Shown here: piece after piece, positions 18,098 to 26,882 of the stretch
Numbering within the stretch: the first letter of the stretch is position 1
How the letters are laid out: every line of letters starts with the position of its first letter
Source of the DNA: a virus
Reading direction: 5' to 3' (one strand)
Length of the DNA stretch: 64,000 nucleotides
Virus record (IMG/VR): IMGVR_UViG_3300022752_000036
Span: 1 to 64,000 of that record
The notes under the pieces: generated by a model
Databases searched by the model: none
What the model saw: the letters and a program-made list of their open reading frames with translations, nothing else
What the model was told of the DNA's origin: nothing
Position numbers and translations under genes: made by a program

Positions 18098-18110
18098 ACT
18101 ATATTATACC

Positions 18111-18530
18111 TTATTTAATTTTGATGGTCTTTGGTTTCTTTTCTTCGGGAATGTTTCTTTCCACAAAGATATCAAGAATGCCGTCTGCCATTTCAGCACG
18201 ATCTACCTCCATATACTCTCCAAGAGCAAAGGTGCGTGTGAATTTTCTAGCGGCGATACCCTTATGAAGAACTTCATGAGAAGTGTCTTCGGTTTTCTCA
18301 CCCTTGATTACTAAGCTTCCATTATCCACAGAAACCTCAACTTCGCTTTTGCTAAAACCAGCAATAGCTAAAGATAATTTGTAAGTGTCCTCGTCAATCT
18401 TTACCAAGTTATATGGTGGGTATGATTGATGAGTAGCCTCACGATGGATATGTGAAAGACGGTCCAACTCTCTGTTGAAACCAATAAAAAACGGATCATT
18501 AAAAAGATCCAATGCAAAATGTGTTACCAT
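18111..18530 (-). CDS. Hsp20/alpha-crystallin small heat shock protein
   Basis: SYPPYN, LAIAGF, HKGIAARKFTRTF, DGIL, PEEKKPKTI motifs. Confidence 0.95.
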   Translation of the reverse strand: MVTHFALDLFNDPFFIGFNRELDRLSHIHREATHQSYPPYNLVKIDEDTYKLSLAIAGFSKSEVEVSVDNGSLVIKGEKTEDTSHEVLHKGIAARKFTRTFALGEYMEVDRAEMADGILDIFVERNIPEEKKPKTIKIK

Positions 18531-18607
18531 TTTATTCCTCCTATTAAGCGAATAAGTTAATTTGTGAACCCCGATTGGCGGCTCATGTTTATTATACCAT
18601 ATTGCAG

Positions 18608-18680
18608 AGCCCCGTAACAGAATCGAACTGTTGACCTACGCATTACAAGTGCGTCGCTCTACCGTCTGAGCTAACAGGGC
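18608..18680 (-). tRNA. tRNA-Thr(UGU)
   Basis: GCCCTGTTAGCTCAG...ACGCA-CTTGTAA-TGCGT...GTTCGATT; cloverleaf folds. Confidence 0.9.
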
Positions 18681-18681
18681 T

Positions 18682-18755
18682 TGGAGCGGATGACGAGAAT
18701 CGAACTCGCACCATCTGCTTGGAAGGCAGAAGCACTACCATTATGCAACATCCGC
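18682..18755 (-). tRNA. tRNA-Gly(UCC)
   Basis: GCGGATG acceptor, TCTGC-CTTCCAA-GCAGA anticodon arm, encoded CCA. Confidence 0.92.
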
Positions 18756-18759
18756 ATTG

Positions 18760-18832
18760 CTGGACCACCAGGGCTCGAACCTGGGACCTAGAAGTTAACA
18801 GCTTCCCGCTCTGCCGACTGAGCTATGGTCCA
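18760..18832 (-). tRNA. tRNA-Asn(GUU)
   Basis: TGGACCA acceptor, GAAG-CTGTTAA-CTTC anticodon arm, GGTTCGAG T-loop. Confidence 0.9.
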
Positions 18833-18836
18833 TTTG

Positions 18837-18909
18837 CGCCTTTGGCAGGAGTCGAACCTGCGACCAAGACCTTAGAAGAGTCCTGCTCTGTCCTCTGAGC
18901 TACAAAGGC
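18837..18909 (-). tRNA. tRNA-Arg(UCU)
   Basis: GCCTTTG acceptor, CTTCTAA loop, GGTTCGAC T-loop. Confidence 0.9.
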
Positions 18910-18915
18910 ATTTTA

Positions 18916-19224
18916 TTAATTATCTGGAATGTTTTTATAGTCATCTGGAAAATCAATTAGCCCCATTTCTTGTATTGTTTTTTTACCTTCTTCAGAAATT
19001 TCAATTAGAGCTTCTAGATTTTCATTATATGTTACATTAATTAATCCTTTTTCTAATAACATAACTAAAGTATTATCTACATGTTCTTGATGTGCTAACC
19101 ATAATTCTGGAGCAACTTCTTTGCAATTTTCTGAAATTTTAAAAATCATTTCTCCATCTTGATCAACCCCAACCATTTCAATTGCGCCAATCTCTAAATA
19201 ATAATCAAACTTATTTTCTTCCAT
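18916..19224 (-). CDS. hypothetical acidic protein within tRNA cluster
   Basis: ORF track; SD AGGAG. Confidence 0.6.
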   Translation of the reverse strand: MEENKFDYYLEIGAIEMVGVDQDGEMIFKISENCKEVAPELWLAHQEHVDNTLVMLLEKGLINVTYNENLEALIEISEEGKKTIQEMGLIDFPDDYKNIPDN

Positions 19225-19236
19225 ATTGCTCCTTTG

Positions 19237-19310
19237 TGCAACAGGTAGGACTTGAACCTACGATAGCCGAATTATGAGTTCGGGGCCTTAACCAACTTGG
19301 CTACTGTTGC
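19237..19310 (-). tRNA. tRNA-CAU (elongator Met or Ile2)
   Basis: GCAACAG/CTGTTGC acceptor, CCGAA-CTCATAA-TTCGG arm; lacks initiator hallmarks. Confidence 0.88.
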
Positions 19311-19569
19311 CAATGGTTAATTGTAACGTACCATCTTCATTTTTGTCAATAGTTTGTTCAACTATTTGCTGTACATAATCGGAAAAATGTTTTCTAACAT
19401 TTCCTGGTGGCCTTGTACCTAAAGATTTCCATAATCTTTTATATTCGATTATATTAGCAAAAGTTGTTGGACAAACAATTATTCCATTATATTCTTTTAA
19501 TGTTGTAGGAAGCGGGACATGTTTACCGCAACATTTACATTCTTTAGCTTTTTCTTGATATGTGCTCAT
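19288..19569 (-). CDS. hypothetical zinc-binding protein
   Basis: CKCCG...VCPTT; 3' end overlaps tRNA-CAU. Confidence 0.55.
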   Translation of the reverse strand: MSTYQEKAKECKCCGKHVPLPTTLKEYNGIIVCPTTFANIIEYKRLWKSLGTRPPGNVRKHFSDYVQQIVEQTIDKNEDGTLQLTIGNSSQVG

Positions 19570-21365
19570 AGTATTTTCATTCCTTCCATATAATCTCTTA
19601 GTTGTTCTGGCATACGTGGAGCACGTATCATATTGTATTGATTTGTGTCTTGATCCTCCGTATTAAAATCATTATCATATGAATATGACTCATATGTATG
19701 AATTGAAATTTCATCTCCATTATTAGGTCTAGTATTACCAATTGCATTAAATATGGATCCGCACACGGCATCCGCTAAGTCTTTAGAACCCTTTCTTGGA
19801 TGGTCTACCTTATCTCTCATAATTTTTAACTGCAATAATTCATCAATAAGCAAAGGTATGTTGGGACCTTTTAGTCTTTCTTCTAGAACCACCATTGCCA
19901 TATCGTCATAATGTTTCTTTGCAACAGATAGTGTTTCCGTATTAATACCATACTGTTTTAGTTGCTGCATCATGTCATGCGAATTCCATCTATCAAACGT
20001 ACATAATTTAATTTTAAATCCTGCTGTTCTCAATGACAATATGTAGTCTCTTACTTCTGCAAAATCAACAGACTTATCTGGAGTTGGAGTCCAATATCTG
20101 ACTGCATCTACCTCAACTATTGGGGCTGGCTGTGAATAAGTATCAGTTACTTTTACATTAACCCATTTAGTTACATGTGACATAGCTACTGCACAATGGT
20201 CATGTTTTTGTGCAAGGTCTACGTGAATAAAGTATTGTTTATCATCTTCTGGCTTAAACCATGGTTCTAGCCTGCCAAATCCATCTACTGCCATAGCCAT
20301 GTTGCTAAAAGCTTTTTCAATCTTTTCACGAGATTTAAAGAATGCATCTACTGCATCTGAAGGCATACAAGCAAAACGACTTAATGCGTCAGGCATATTT
20401 TTATAAAACTCTACTTTAAAGTCTTCTATTTTTTTTGTAGGATTAATCTCCCACGTAGGTCTTTTAAGAGCATACACTCTAGGAATTTTATACGATATGA
20501 TGTGATCTTCTTCCCATTCAACAAGCACCTCGTTGCCTGGCATTCCGTCTGGCAAATCATTATCCATTTTTAATAACTTACTTCTAACTATAGTTTCTTT
20601 TTCAGCAATTGCTGAATCATAAAACTTTTGTATTGGATCATTTTTAAAACGTGGAAATGATAGAAGTATTACTTTGCCATAATCTGGGAAACGAGATACA
20701 ACAGATCCACGATACATATCGTAAATAGCATCAGCAGTCTTTGCTTGATCATGACCAGTTGTATTTTCTGTAGCAAATCCTGAAATCTCATCTAGAATTA
20801 CTGCTATTACGTTATAACCTTCAAATGCTTCACGCTCAGAATGTCCTGAGTATACATTAACGTTTTTATCAAATCTTATTTCAGAAGCTTTCGGATCATA
20901 TTTGCCAACAAACCAAGGACTTCTGTCTATTCTTGTTTTGAATCCTTTAAAAAATACATTGTTTGCTTGTTGTGCGTTAATAGCAATATTAATAACATCA
21001 ATCGTATCTCCTGGCGGTTTACCATAATACGATGCAGGATCTTTTAAACATAATAATAAATATACTATATAAGCTACTGAAATTGTAGAGCAATAATCTT
21101 TTCCGCTACCTTTGCCTAACTGTGCAATAACCTCATTGCATGTTTGTTTAAACATTCTTCTACCCTCTTCTTCGCCGAAGAGTTTAATTAAAGTAGATTC
21201 TTTATATATTGTAGAACTTTTTTCAATTAAAGTATATTGATATTCTGATAGCGGAGGTAAGCCAAGGTAATCTGGATGCGTTACAAATGTCTTAAGATCA
21301 ACGGGTCTCTCATCAAATTCTTCTCCGTCGAGTATGTCTATAAGATCATTAAAATTAAGCTCCAC
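19566..21365 (-). CDS. terminase large subunit
   Basis: Walker A GKGSGKD, Walker B VILDE, RNase H-like HVDLA...TFDRWN...KDLADA. Confidence 0.92.
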   Translation of the reverse strand: MELNFNDLIDILDGEEFDERPVDLKTFVTHPDYLGLPPLSEYQYTLIEKSSTIYKESTLIKLFGEEEGRRMFKQTCNEVIAQLGKGSGKDYCSTISVAYIVYLLLCLKDPASYYGKPPGDTIDVINIAINAQQANNVFFKGFKTRIDRSPWFVGKYDPKASEIRFDKNVNVYSGHSEREAFEGYNVIAVILDEISGFATENTTGHDQAKTADAIYDMYRGSVVSRFPDYGKVILLSFPRFKNDPIQKFYDSAIAEKETIVRSKLLKMDNDLPDGMPGNEVLVEWEEDHIISYKIPRVYALKRPTWEINPTKKIEDFKVEFYKNMPDALSRFACMPSDAVDAFFKSREKIEKAFSNMAMAVDGFGRLEPWFKPEDDKQYFIHVDLAQKHDHCAVAMSHVTKWVNVKVTDTYSQPAPIVEVDAVRYWTPTPDKSVDFAEVRDYILSLRTAGFKIKLCTFDRWNSHDMMQQLKQYGINTETLSVAKKHYDDMAMVVLEERLKGPNIPLLIDELLQLKIMRDKVDHPRKGSKDLADAVCGSIFNAIGNTRPNNGDEISIHTYESYSYDNDFNTEDQDTNQYNMIRAPRMPEQLRDYMEGMKIL

Positions 21366-21897
21366 TGACCTGCTCTGAATCTATTACTACTGGCTCAACT
21401 ACCCCAGTTATTTGAGATAGTCTTTTAGCAACATCTAATTTACACTTTGAACAACTTGAAGTAACTTCTTTTAAAATTTTTACAAGGATCTCTTGTTTTC
21501 TTTCTGTCTCAGCAAGCTGAGATGCAAGTTCATTATTTTCTAAAACACCTATAGATTGAAGCATGCCTATTCTTTTTGCTTCAATATCAGCAATAAGCTT
21601 TAATGCACCAGACTTTACGCCCAATTGTCCAGACTGATCTGCATCCTCAACTGTTTTCCATGCTTCTTTAATTAACATGGCGTAGTGTTGATCTGCTCCA
21701 GAGATGGCTTCCTTTGCTCTATCTCTTATGTTGCTATCATTATGAACAACTTGTTTCCAGTCGTCAATTAACTCAAGGACTTCTTTTCTTTGTAGTCCCG
21801 TTGCCGTTGCAATTTGAGTAGGGCTATTTCCCTTTAATAGTTCTTCGACAACTTTATTCATTCTGTCAAAGCGTTCTGATAATTCTATTTCGCTCAT
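21355..21897 (-). CDS. terminase small subunit (putative)
   Basis: N-terminal HTH, helical body, directly upstream of terL; leaderless promoter 21904-21932. Confidence 0.65.
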   Translation of the reverse strand: MSEIELSERFDRMNKVVEELLKGNSPTQIATATGLQRKEVLELIDDWKQVVHNDSNIRDRAKEAISGADQHYAMLIKEAWKTVEDADQSGQLGVKSGALKLIADIEAKRIGMLQSIGVLENNELASQLAETERKQEILVKILKEVTSSCSKCKLDVAKRLSQITGVVEPVVIDSEQVSGA

Positions 21898-21928
21898 TAA
21901 TATATTATACTTCTAGTCGACTAAAAAA

Positions 21929-22252
21929 TCAACTTGATTTAGCGATTTTAAGTAAAATTAAATACCCAATAAGATCATCAATATCATTATCTCCTGGGTA
22001 ATCTGTGCCTTTCATAAGTCTATTTAATTTATCATCTATACGAACATGAAGTTGTTCCCTTGGATCCGCCTTCGAAAATATACGAACAGGATCAAGGGCT
22101 GAATCGCCATAAGATATATTTTTATCAACTAACATCTTGGCAATTTCATGACAGGCTGCCCAAATTTTTACTCCTGATGGAGCTGATGTAGAATGAAGAT
22201 ATAAATCCTCACAATGAAAATCTTTTACGTCTGCAAATACTGGTTTTAACAT
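21929..22252 (-). CDS. nucleotide-modification-associated domain 1 (DUF1599-like) protein
   Basis: KNISYGDS...RIDDKLNR...DLIGY. Confidence 0.75.
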   Translation of the reverse strand: MLKPVFADVKDFHCEDLYLHSTSAPSGVKIWAACHEIAKMLVDKNISYGDSALDPVRIFSKADPREQLHVRIDDKLNRLMKGTDYPGDNDIDDLIGYLILLKIAKSS

Positions 22253-22398
22253 TACCGCCTCTTTATCAATCCAAATTGTTCTAGGTATCTCTGTATAGTC
22301 ATAGCAGAGACTTTACATTCCGTCGCAATTTCTGTAACGGTTTTCTTTTGAACTACATATCTTCTATATAGCCAATCTTTACTTTGATATAACTTCAT
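22252..22398 (-). CDS. small HTH protein
   Basis: Manual translation MKLYQSKDWLYRRYVVQKKTVTEIATECKVSAMTIQRYLEQFGL. Confidence 0.65.
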   Translation of the reverse strand: MKLYQSKDWLYRRYVVQKKTVTEIATECKVSAMTIQRYLEQFGLIKRR

Positions 22399-22961
22399 CG
22401 TTCTGTCAATACCGTGTTTGAGTAGTGTGCAATGCCAAATGCATCTGCCACATCAAAATCATCTAACTGTAAATTATACTTTTTGTTAAAGTAATCTACT
22501 GTTCTCTGTTTTCTTATTTCCCTCATCTTTGCTTTGTACCAAGAGTCAGCATGTCCTGGATTTTCAAACCTAAGCGTGTCTTTCTCCAACTTTGTTGGGT
22601 TTTTATTTCCAATATATGCTTGCCAAGAAGTAGGAGATATAGTAATAACACTAGCCCCACTAGACATAAGCTCAGCAATGACAACACCGTATACATAAGA
22701 CAATTTTATCACAGCATCAGGGGATTTGACAAATACTGCTCCTTCAACAACTATATAATCTGATTTAAGCTCATTAAGCATTGCATGCATTTTAATTTTT
22801 GCATCATGAATTTTATGATAAATATCTTCTCCAGATAGATCTATCTTACCCCATTTAATTGGTTTATCATTTTCCATTAAGCAAAATGCAATTGAATTGG
22901 TTGAAGCATCTATTCCCAATACTCTACTTGCTTTTGTTTTTACTAAATCAGCTAATGTCAT
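22395..22961 (-). CDS. ruvC: RuvC-like Holliday junction resolvase
   Basis: VLGIDAS, IVVEG, DVADAFGIA. Confidence 0.85.
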   Translation of the reverse strand: MTLADLVKTKASRVLGIDASTNSIAFCLMENDKPIKWGKIDLSGEDIYHKIHDAKIKMHAMLNELKSDYIVVEGAVFVKSPDAVIKLSYVYGVVIAELMSSGASVITISPTSWQAYIGNKNPTKLEKDTLRFENPGHADSWYKAKMREIRKQRTVDYFNKKYNLQLDDFDVADAFGIAHYSNTVLTER

Positions 22962-23226
22962 TTATCATTCCTAATATAGTACTTTTTGTTTTTAAATCAG
23001 TAGCACGATGACAAGAAGAACACATATTGTTTTTATTATATCTGCTTAATTGTGCTCCACATTTTTTACATGGCCTTACTGCACCATTTTTAATAGCTTT
23101 ATTTTCATAATACTTTTCCATAATGCGTCTGTTAGTTTCAATTCTACAACATTCAGCAACGCAATATTTTTGATTATGGGTTTTAGGTTCAAATTCTTTT
23201 TTACATGTAATATTAGCACATATCAT
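22948..23226 (-). CDS. zinc-finger hypothetical protein
   Basis: MICANITC...QKYC...CKKCG...CSSC; start re-assigned to 23226. Confidence 0.6.
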   Translation of the reverse strand: MICANITCKKEFEPKTHNQKYCVAECCRIETNRRIMEKYYENKAIKNGAVRPCKKCGAQLSRYNKNNMCSSCHRATDLKTKSTILGMINDIS

Positions 23227-24020
23227 AATCCTGCATATGCCTCTATCTCTACTGTTCCTTCTTCCGCCTTCCAGCAATCTTTTCTGATAGGGCAACCTTT
23301 GCAAGAGTAGCTGGTTTTAATAAAAGGTCTTATTGGCATATCACCATCTTTAAAATTATCCCATACTGTACAAAGCCACTCAAATAAATGATCAATAATT
23401 TTTTTATTCTTTTCTGTCATCTGAATAGGGATAAGAAGTATTTCTTGAGTGTTTTTATTTTCATATAAAAAGAAAGCTTCTTTAACATTTCTTAGTTTCA
23501 TATATGTTAAAAGCTGAAGCATGTGATTATTTGATGGAGCCATTTCTGCTTGACGTCCATCCCAAACTTCTTGCTTAGCTGTTTTAATTTCACCTAGGAC
23601 TTCTTCGTCTTCCCAATTAATAACAAGATCTATGAAGCCTTTTATTGGTGGGTATTCATTTGTAATTTCAATTTCAGTTTTTACATCTTTTAAAGAATTT
23701 TGTTTAAACAAATCTGAAGATTGATTTGATATTAGCTTCTGAAGTCTATCATGTGCTTGGGTTCCATAGGCCATATTAGCTATTGCTTGTGCACCATTGT
23801 TATCAATAAAGTTTGCACCACTGAATGCCATATACCAATATCTAGGACAATTACCATGACCGTAACCAAAGCTGCTTGGACTAAATGACTTTTTTGTCAT
23901 TTCTCCATCTGGTCTTTTAGTGGCAAGATATGCATCATCAAGCAATTTAGCAAACTCTGTTACATTAAACTTGCCATCATATTTTTTAAATTTTAAATTC
24001 TTTACTATTTCTTTAGCCAT
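23223..24020 (-). CDS. Cas4-like PD-(D/E)xK exonuclease
   Basis: CPRYWY, GFID, EIKT, QLLTY, C-terminal CKGCPIRKDC Fe-S motif. Confidence 0.85.
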   Translation of the reverse strand: MAKEIVKNLKFKKYDGKFNVTEFAKLLDDAYLATKRPDGEMTKKSFSPSSFGYGHGNCPRYWYMAFSGANFIDNNGAQAIANMAYGTQAHDRLQKLISNQSSDLFKQNSLKDVKTEIEITNEYPPIKGFIDLVINWEDEEVLGEIKTAKQEVWDGRQAEMAPSNNHMLQLLTYMKLRNVKEAFFLYENKNTQEILLIPIQMTEKNKKIIDHLFEWLCTVWDNFKDGDMPIRPFIKTSYSCKGCPIRKDCWKAEEGTVEIEAYAGL

Positions 24021-24351
24021 TATAACGAACGACATACTTGAGGGCATCTACAAGTTTATCGATTGACTCCTTTGCTGAATAATATATATTCTTTTTATTA
24101 TTATTTACTGTTCCAGCTTTGTCTTTAGCAATAGTAGAATATACAGAGGCCATCATAGAAAATTTAGTTGACATAGCCTGTAACTCAATAATTAAATGTG
24201 GGGCTTTGGCAGCAGGTACATCTGGATTCATTAAAAGTTTTACAACAATTGATAAAGCCCTATCTAACTGATCATCTTTCATGTATTCATGAAGATCATT
24301 AAACTCAGTAATCTGACTTATTAATTCTAAAGTATTTTTATCTTCCGCCAT
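24013..24351 (-). CDS. hypothetical helical protein
   Basis: ORF track; SD GAGG. Confidence 0.6.
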   Translation of the reverse strand: MAEDKNTLELISQITEFNDLHEYMKDDQLDRALSIVVKLLMNPDVPAAKAPHLIIELQAMSTKFSMMASVYSTIAKDKAGTVNNNKKNIYYSAKESIDKLVDALKYVVRYNG

Positions 24352-24450
24352 CTTTATACCTCTTGTCTAATTTATTAATAAATAACCCAAATGGATATCC
24401 AATTACAAAACCTATTCCTATGCCCATCATTAAAATTGCAATAGTAGTCA

Positions 24451-24606
24451 TTATATAATCCTTGTTACTAAAGCATAGCCAATCCAAAGACCTACGATAC
24501 CCATAAGACCTGCAAATACTGGTGGAGCTGGAATTGGCAATTTAAATGCACTAAAAACTCCGCCTACAATAGTTCCCACTAGAGTAGTCATTACAATGTC
24601 TCTCAT
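24451..24606 (-). CDS. XapX-domain (DUF1427-like) small membrane protein
   Basis: Manual translation ...VGGVFSAFKLPIPAPPVFAGLMGIVGLWIGY. Confidence 0.75.
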   Translation of the reverse strand: MRDIVMTTLVGTIVGGVFSAFKLPIPAPPVFAGLMGIVGLWIGYALVTRII

Positions 24607-24735
24607 TTCTTATCTCGCTTTTCTTTTGGATACGGACCTAAATCTGATTTGATTGTGCCGTCTTTTCTCATTCTTACAATTCTGCCATTTTTAATTTGCA
24701 TTTTATTAAAACCATAATGTGGTTTAAGCTTTCCA

Positions 24736-25044
24736 CTAGACATTATTTTCCTCCCAACATTCAATTAATTGTTCAAGCAATGACCATTCAATTACTGCAA
24801 GTCTCGTTTTGCTATTGTCTTTGCCAAGGACGAGTTTGAGTACAGGATATTTATCCCTACTAACTTTAAAAGTGTCTGTACATATTTTTGACCACATAGT
24901 TTGCGAAACAGAGATTGTCTTTTCGTACTCTTTATAATCCACCACAAAAGTTCGCCACTGAGCGTCACCCTTCTGATAATTACCACGTCCACTATTTTTT
25001 TGTTGTTTTGCGCCATCTCGTTTTGCTTCCGATCTTTCTGACAT
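24736..25044 (-). CDS. small PD-(D/E)xK nuclease (Hjc-like resolvase)
   Basis: E...NSG...KGD...VVDYKE. Confidence 0.65.
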   Translation of the reverse strand: MSERSEAKRDGAKQQKNSGRGNYQKGDAQWRTFVVDYKEYEKTISVSQTMWSKICTDTFKVSRDKYPVLKLVLGKDNSKTRLAVIEWSLLEQLIECWEENNV

Positions 25045-25232
25045 TATCCCACCTTAAATTGATTAGCGTGTCCATCTGGACATGTCCAAGAAATTATTAA
25101 TGTAGTAGGATCCCAAAAAGCTTCTTGAGCATCCTTATCACATTTACCACATGGCTTTATACCAGGGATGTTTTCTAATTCTGCTCTATGAATTATTTCT
25201 GGCTTATTAAAAAATTCATTAAGATTTGGCAT
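25044..25232 (-). CDS. small zinc-ribbon protein
   Basis: CGKC...CPDGH. Confidence 0.55.
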   Translation of the reverse strand: MPNLNEFFNKPEIIHRAELENIPGIKPCGKCDKDAQEAFWDPTTLIISWTCPDGHANQFKVG

Positions 25233-26223
25233 CTATTTCTTTCTTTAACTTATCTACAACTTTGGGATTATCACGAAGGTATTGCACTGCCTTAGCCCGT
25301 CCTTGTAATCTTTCCCCGTCCACGGTATACCAAGCGCCACCTTTTTCCACGACTCCGTACATTTCTGCAACATCAAGAGTTTCTCCGACACGATCTACAC
25401 CAACAATCTCGCCTTGGTAGTAGAAGTCATACTGTCCCGAAAGATTAGGGGGTGAGACTTTGCTGTAATCAACAATCCAGTTAACTGGTCGTCCGACTCT
25501 TTGTTCGATAATTTTGTCGCCAACTTTAACGCCAGCTTTAATAGCATTAGCCTCAGCTTCAGACGACCATAGTTTAACGACAGTGGTACTGAAGAACTTG
25601 ACAGCCATTCCGCCTGTGGGGATGTGACTAGCATGCATAGATCCAAACTGATTTCGTTGTTGTGAGATGAGAACAAGTAATGTGTTTTTGTTTGCATAAT
25701 TTAACATTTTGACTGCGTGAGTCATATCCTTTGCTTCTGCGCCGATTTGCTTAGTGTCTTGCAAATCTTTTAATTCATTTCCATCTTTTTCAAAATAGAT
25801 TGCAGGAAGTAATGCAGAGATAGAGTCTACAACTATTAAGTCTACATCTGCTTCCATAAGTTTAGTTGCAACATCAACCATATCATTTACAGTTTTAGCT
25901 GGAGAGTAAATTAGTTTTTCTGAATCCACTCCTAGTTGTTCAGCCCATTTAGGATCATAAGATGCTTCTGCATCAATCCATGCACAAGTCTTTCCTTCTT
26001 TTTGAGCTAATGCAATCATTTGTAGGCAGAAAGAAGACTTGCCTGCAGATTTATTTCCCCAAACAAGAACCTGACGACCATATGGAAGTCCTCCTCGCAA
26101 TGCCATATTTAACCCTATACTAGGGGTAGCCTGCTTATGAACTTGAACTTCTTGTGCTGATTGAACTCTTGCTCTTGTTTTTGGATCTAATTTTGCTAGT
26201 ACATCATCTAATACGATTGTCAT
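25219..26223 (-). CDS. recA: RecA/UvsX-like recombinase
   Basis: GGLPYGR, Walker A GNKSAGKS, WIDAE, IVVDS, SQQR, GAWY. Confidence 0.93.
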   Translation of the reverse strand: MTIVLDDVLAKLDPKTRARVQSAQEVQVHKQATPSIGLNMALRGGLPYGRQVLVWGNKSAGKSSFCLQMIALAQKEGKTCAWIDAEASYDPKWAEQLGVDSEKLIYSPAKTVNDMVDVATKLMEADVDLIVVDSISALLPAIYFEKDGNELKDLQDTKQIGAEAKDMTHAVKMLNYANKNTLLVLISQQRNQFGSMHASHIPTGGMAVKFFSTTVVKLWSSEAEANAIKAGVKVGDKIIEQRVGRPVNWIVDYSKVSPPNLSGQYDFYYQGEIVGVDRVGETLDVAEMYGVVEKGGAWYTVDGERLQGRAKAVQYLRDNPKVVDKLKKEIDAKS

Positions 26224-26257
26224 TTATTTATCTTTTCTCTTTCTACCATTATACCAT

Positions 26258-26605
26258 TTAGAACAGGTTGCCGTGAAGTCTTGGCCTGTCTTTATTTATA
26301 TTTATTTTTTTATCAAGAATTTCATCTAGGCTGTGCTCTACAGCACTTTCATTCCTCATTGCAGCATACAGATCTAATGTTCTAATTAAAATATCAGCAA
26401 TTTCTTCTACAATATATTCAGATCCCTTGCTCTTTCTTATTGCTTCTAAAACTTCTGTAACTTCAGAATGTATCAGTGCAAGCTTATTTCCAACCTTGTC
26501 GTTTGAATATTCGCCATCCCAGAATCCCTTTTCAACTGCAGTTTCATGCAGAATTGCAGCCAGCGCATCTAAGCCATATTCAGTGAGTATGTTATTCTGA
26601 CTCAT
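26258..26605 (-). CDS. MazG-like NTP pyrophosphohydrolase
   Basis: LIHSEVTEVLEA...EEIADILIR. Confidence 0.85.
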   Translation of the reverse strand: MSQNNILTEYGLDALAAILHETAVEKGFWDGEYSNDKVGNKLALIHSEVTEVLEAIRKSKGSEYIVEEIADILIRTLDLYAAMRNESAVEHSLDEILDKKININKDRPRLHGNLF

Positions 26606-26882
26606 TAGTCTCCGCTTCTTCTAATGCATCATCAAACTCAGCATTATATTCCATTTCCTCTGGTCTTGGAAGTCTAAAAATAAAACTTGGTCCAGATTCA
26701 TCGTAGTCAACAACTAATTCTTTATCTTTGTTGTTAGCTTCAAATAATGTTCTAGTTGGCACACTTACTTGTCCAATAGTTTCTAGTATTGAAATTAATA
26801 CCTTGCTAGCTGTTAGCTGTGCCTGAATTTCATTTACGTCAAATTCTGGCTCTTGTGTTATAGTGATTTGTTGTTCGCTCAT
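26592..26882 (-). CDS. hypothetical acidic protein
   Basis: ORF track. Confidence 0.55.
   Translation of the reverse strand: MSEQQITITQEPEFDVNEIQAQLTASKVLISILETIGQVSVPTRTLFEANNKDKELVVDYDESGPSFIFRLPRPEEMEYNAEFDDALEEAETNESE

Noticed and set aside
23223-24020. CRISPR-Cas system suggested by the Cas4-like gene
   Set aside because: No repeat-spacer array or other cas genes seen; solo Cas4-like nucleases are common in phage recombination modules.
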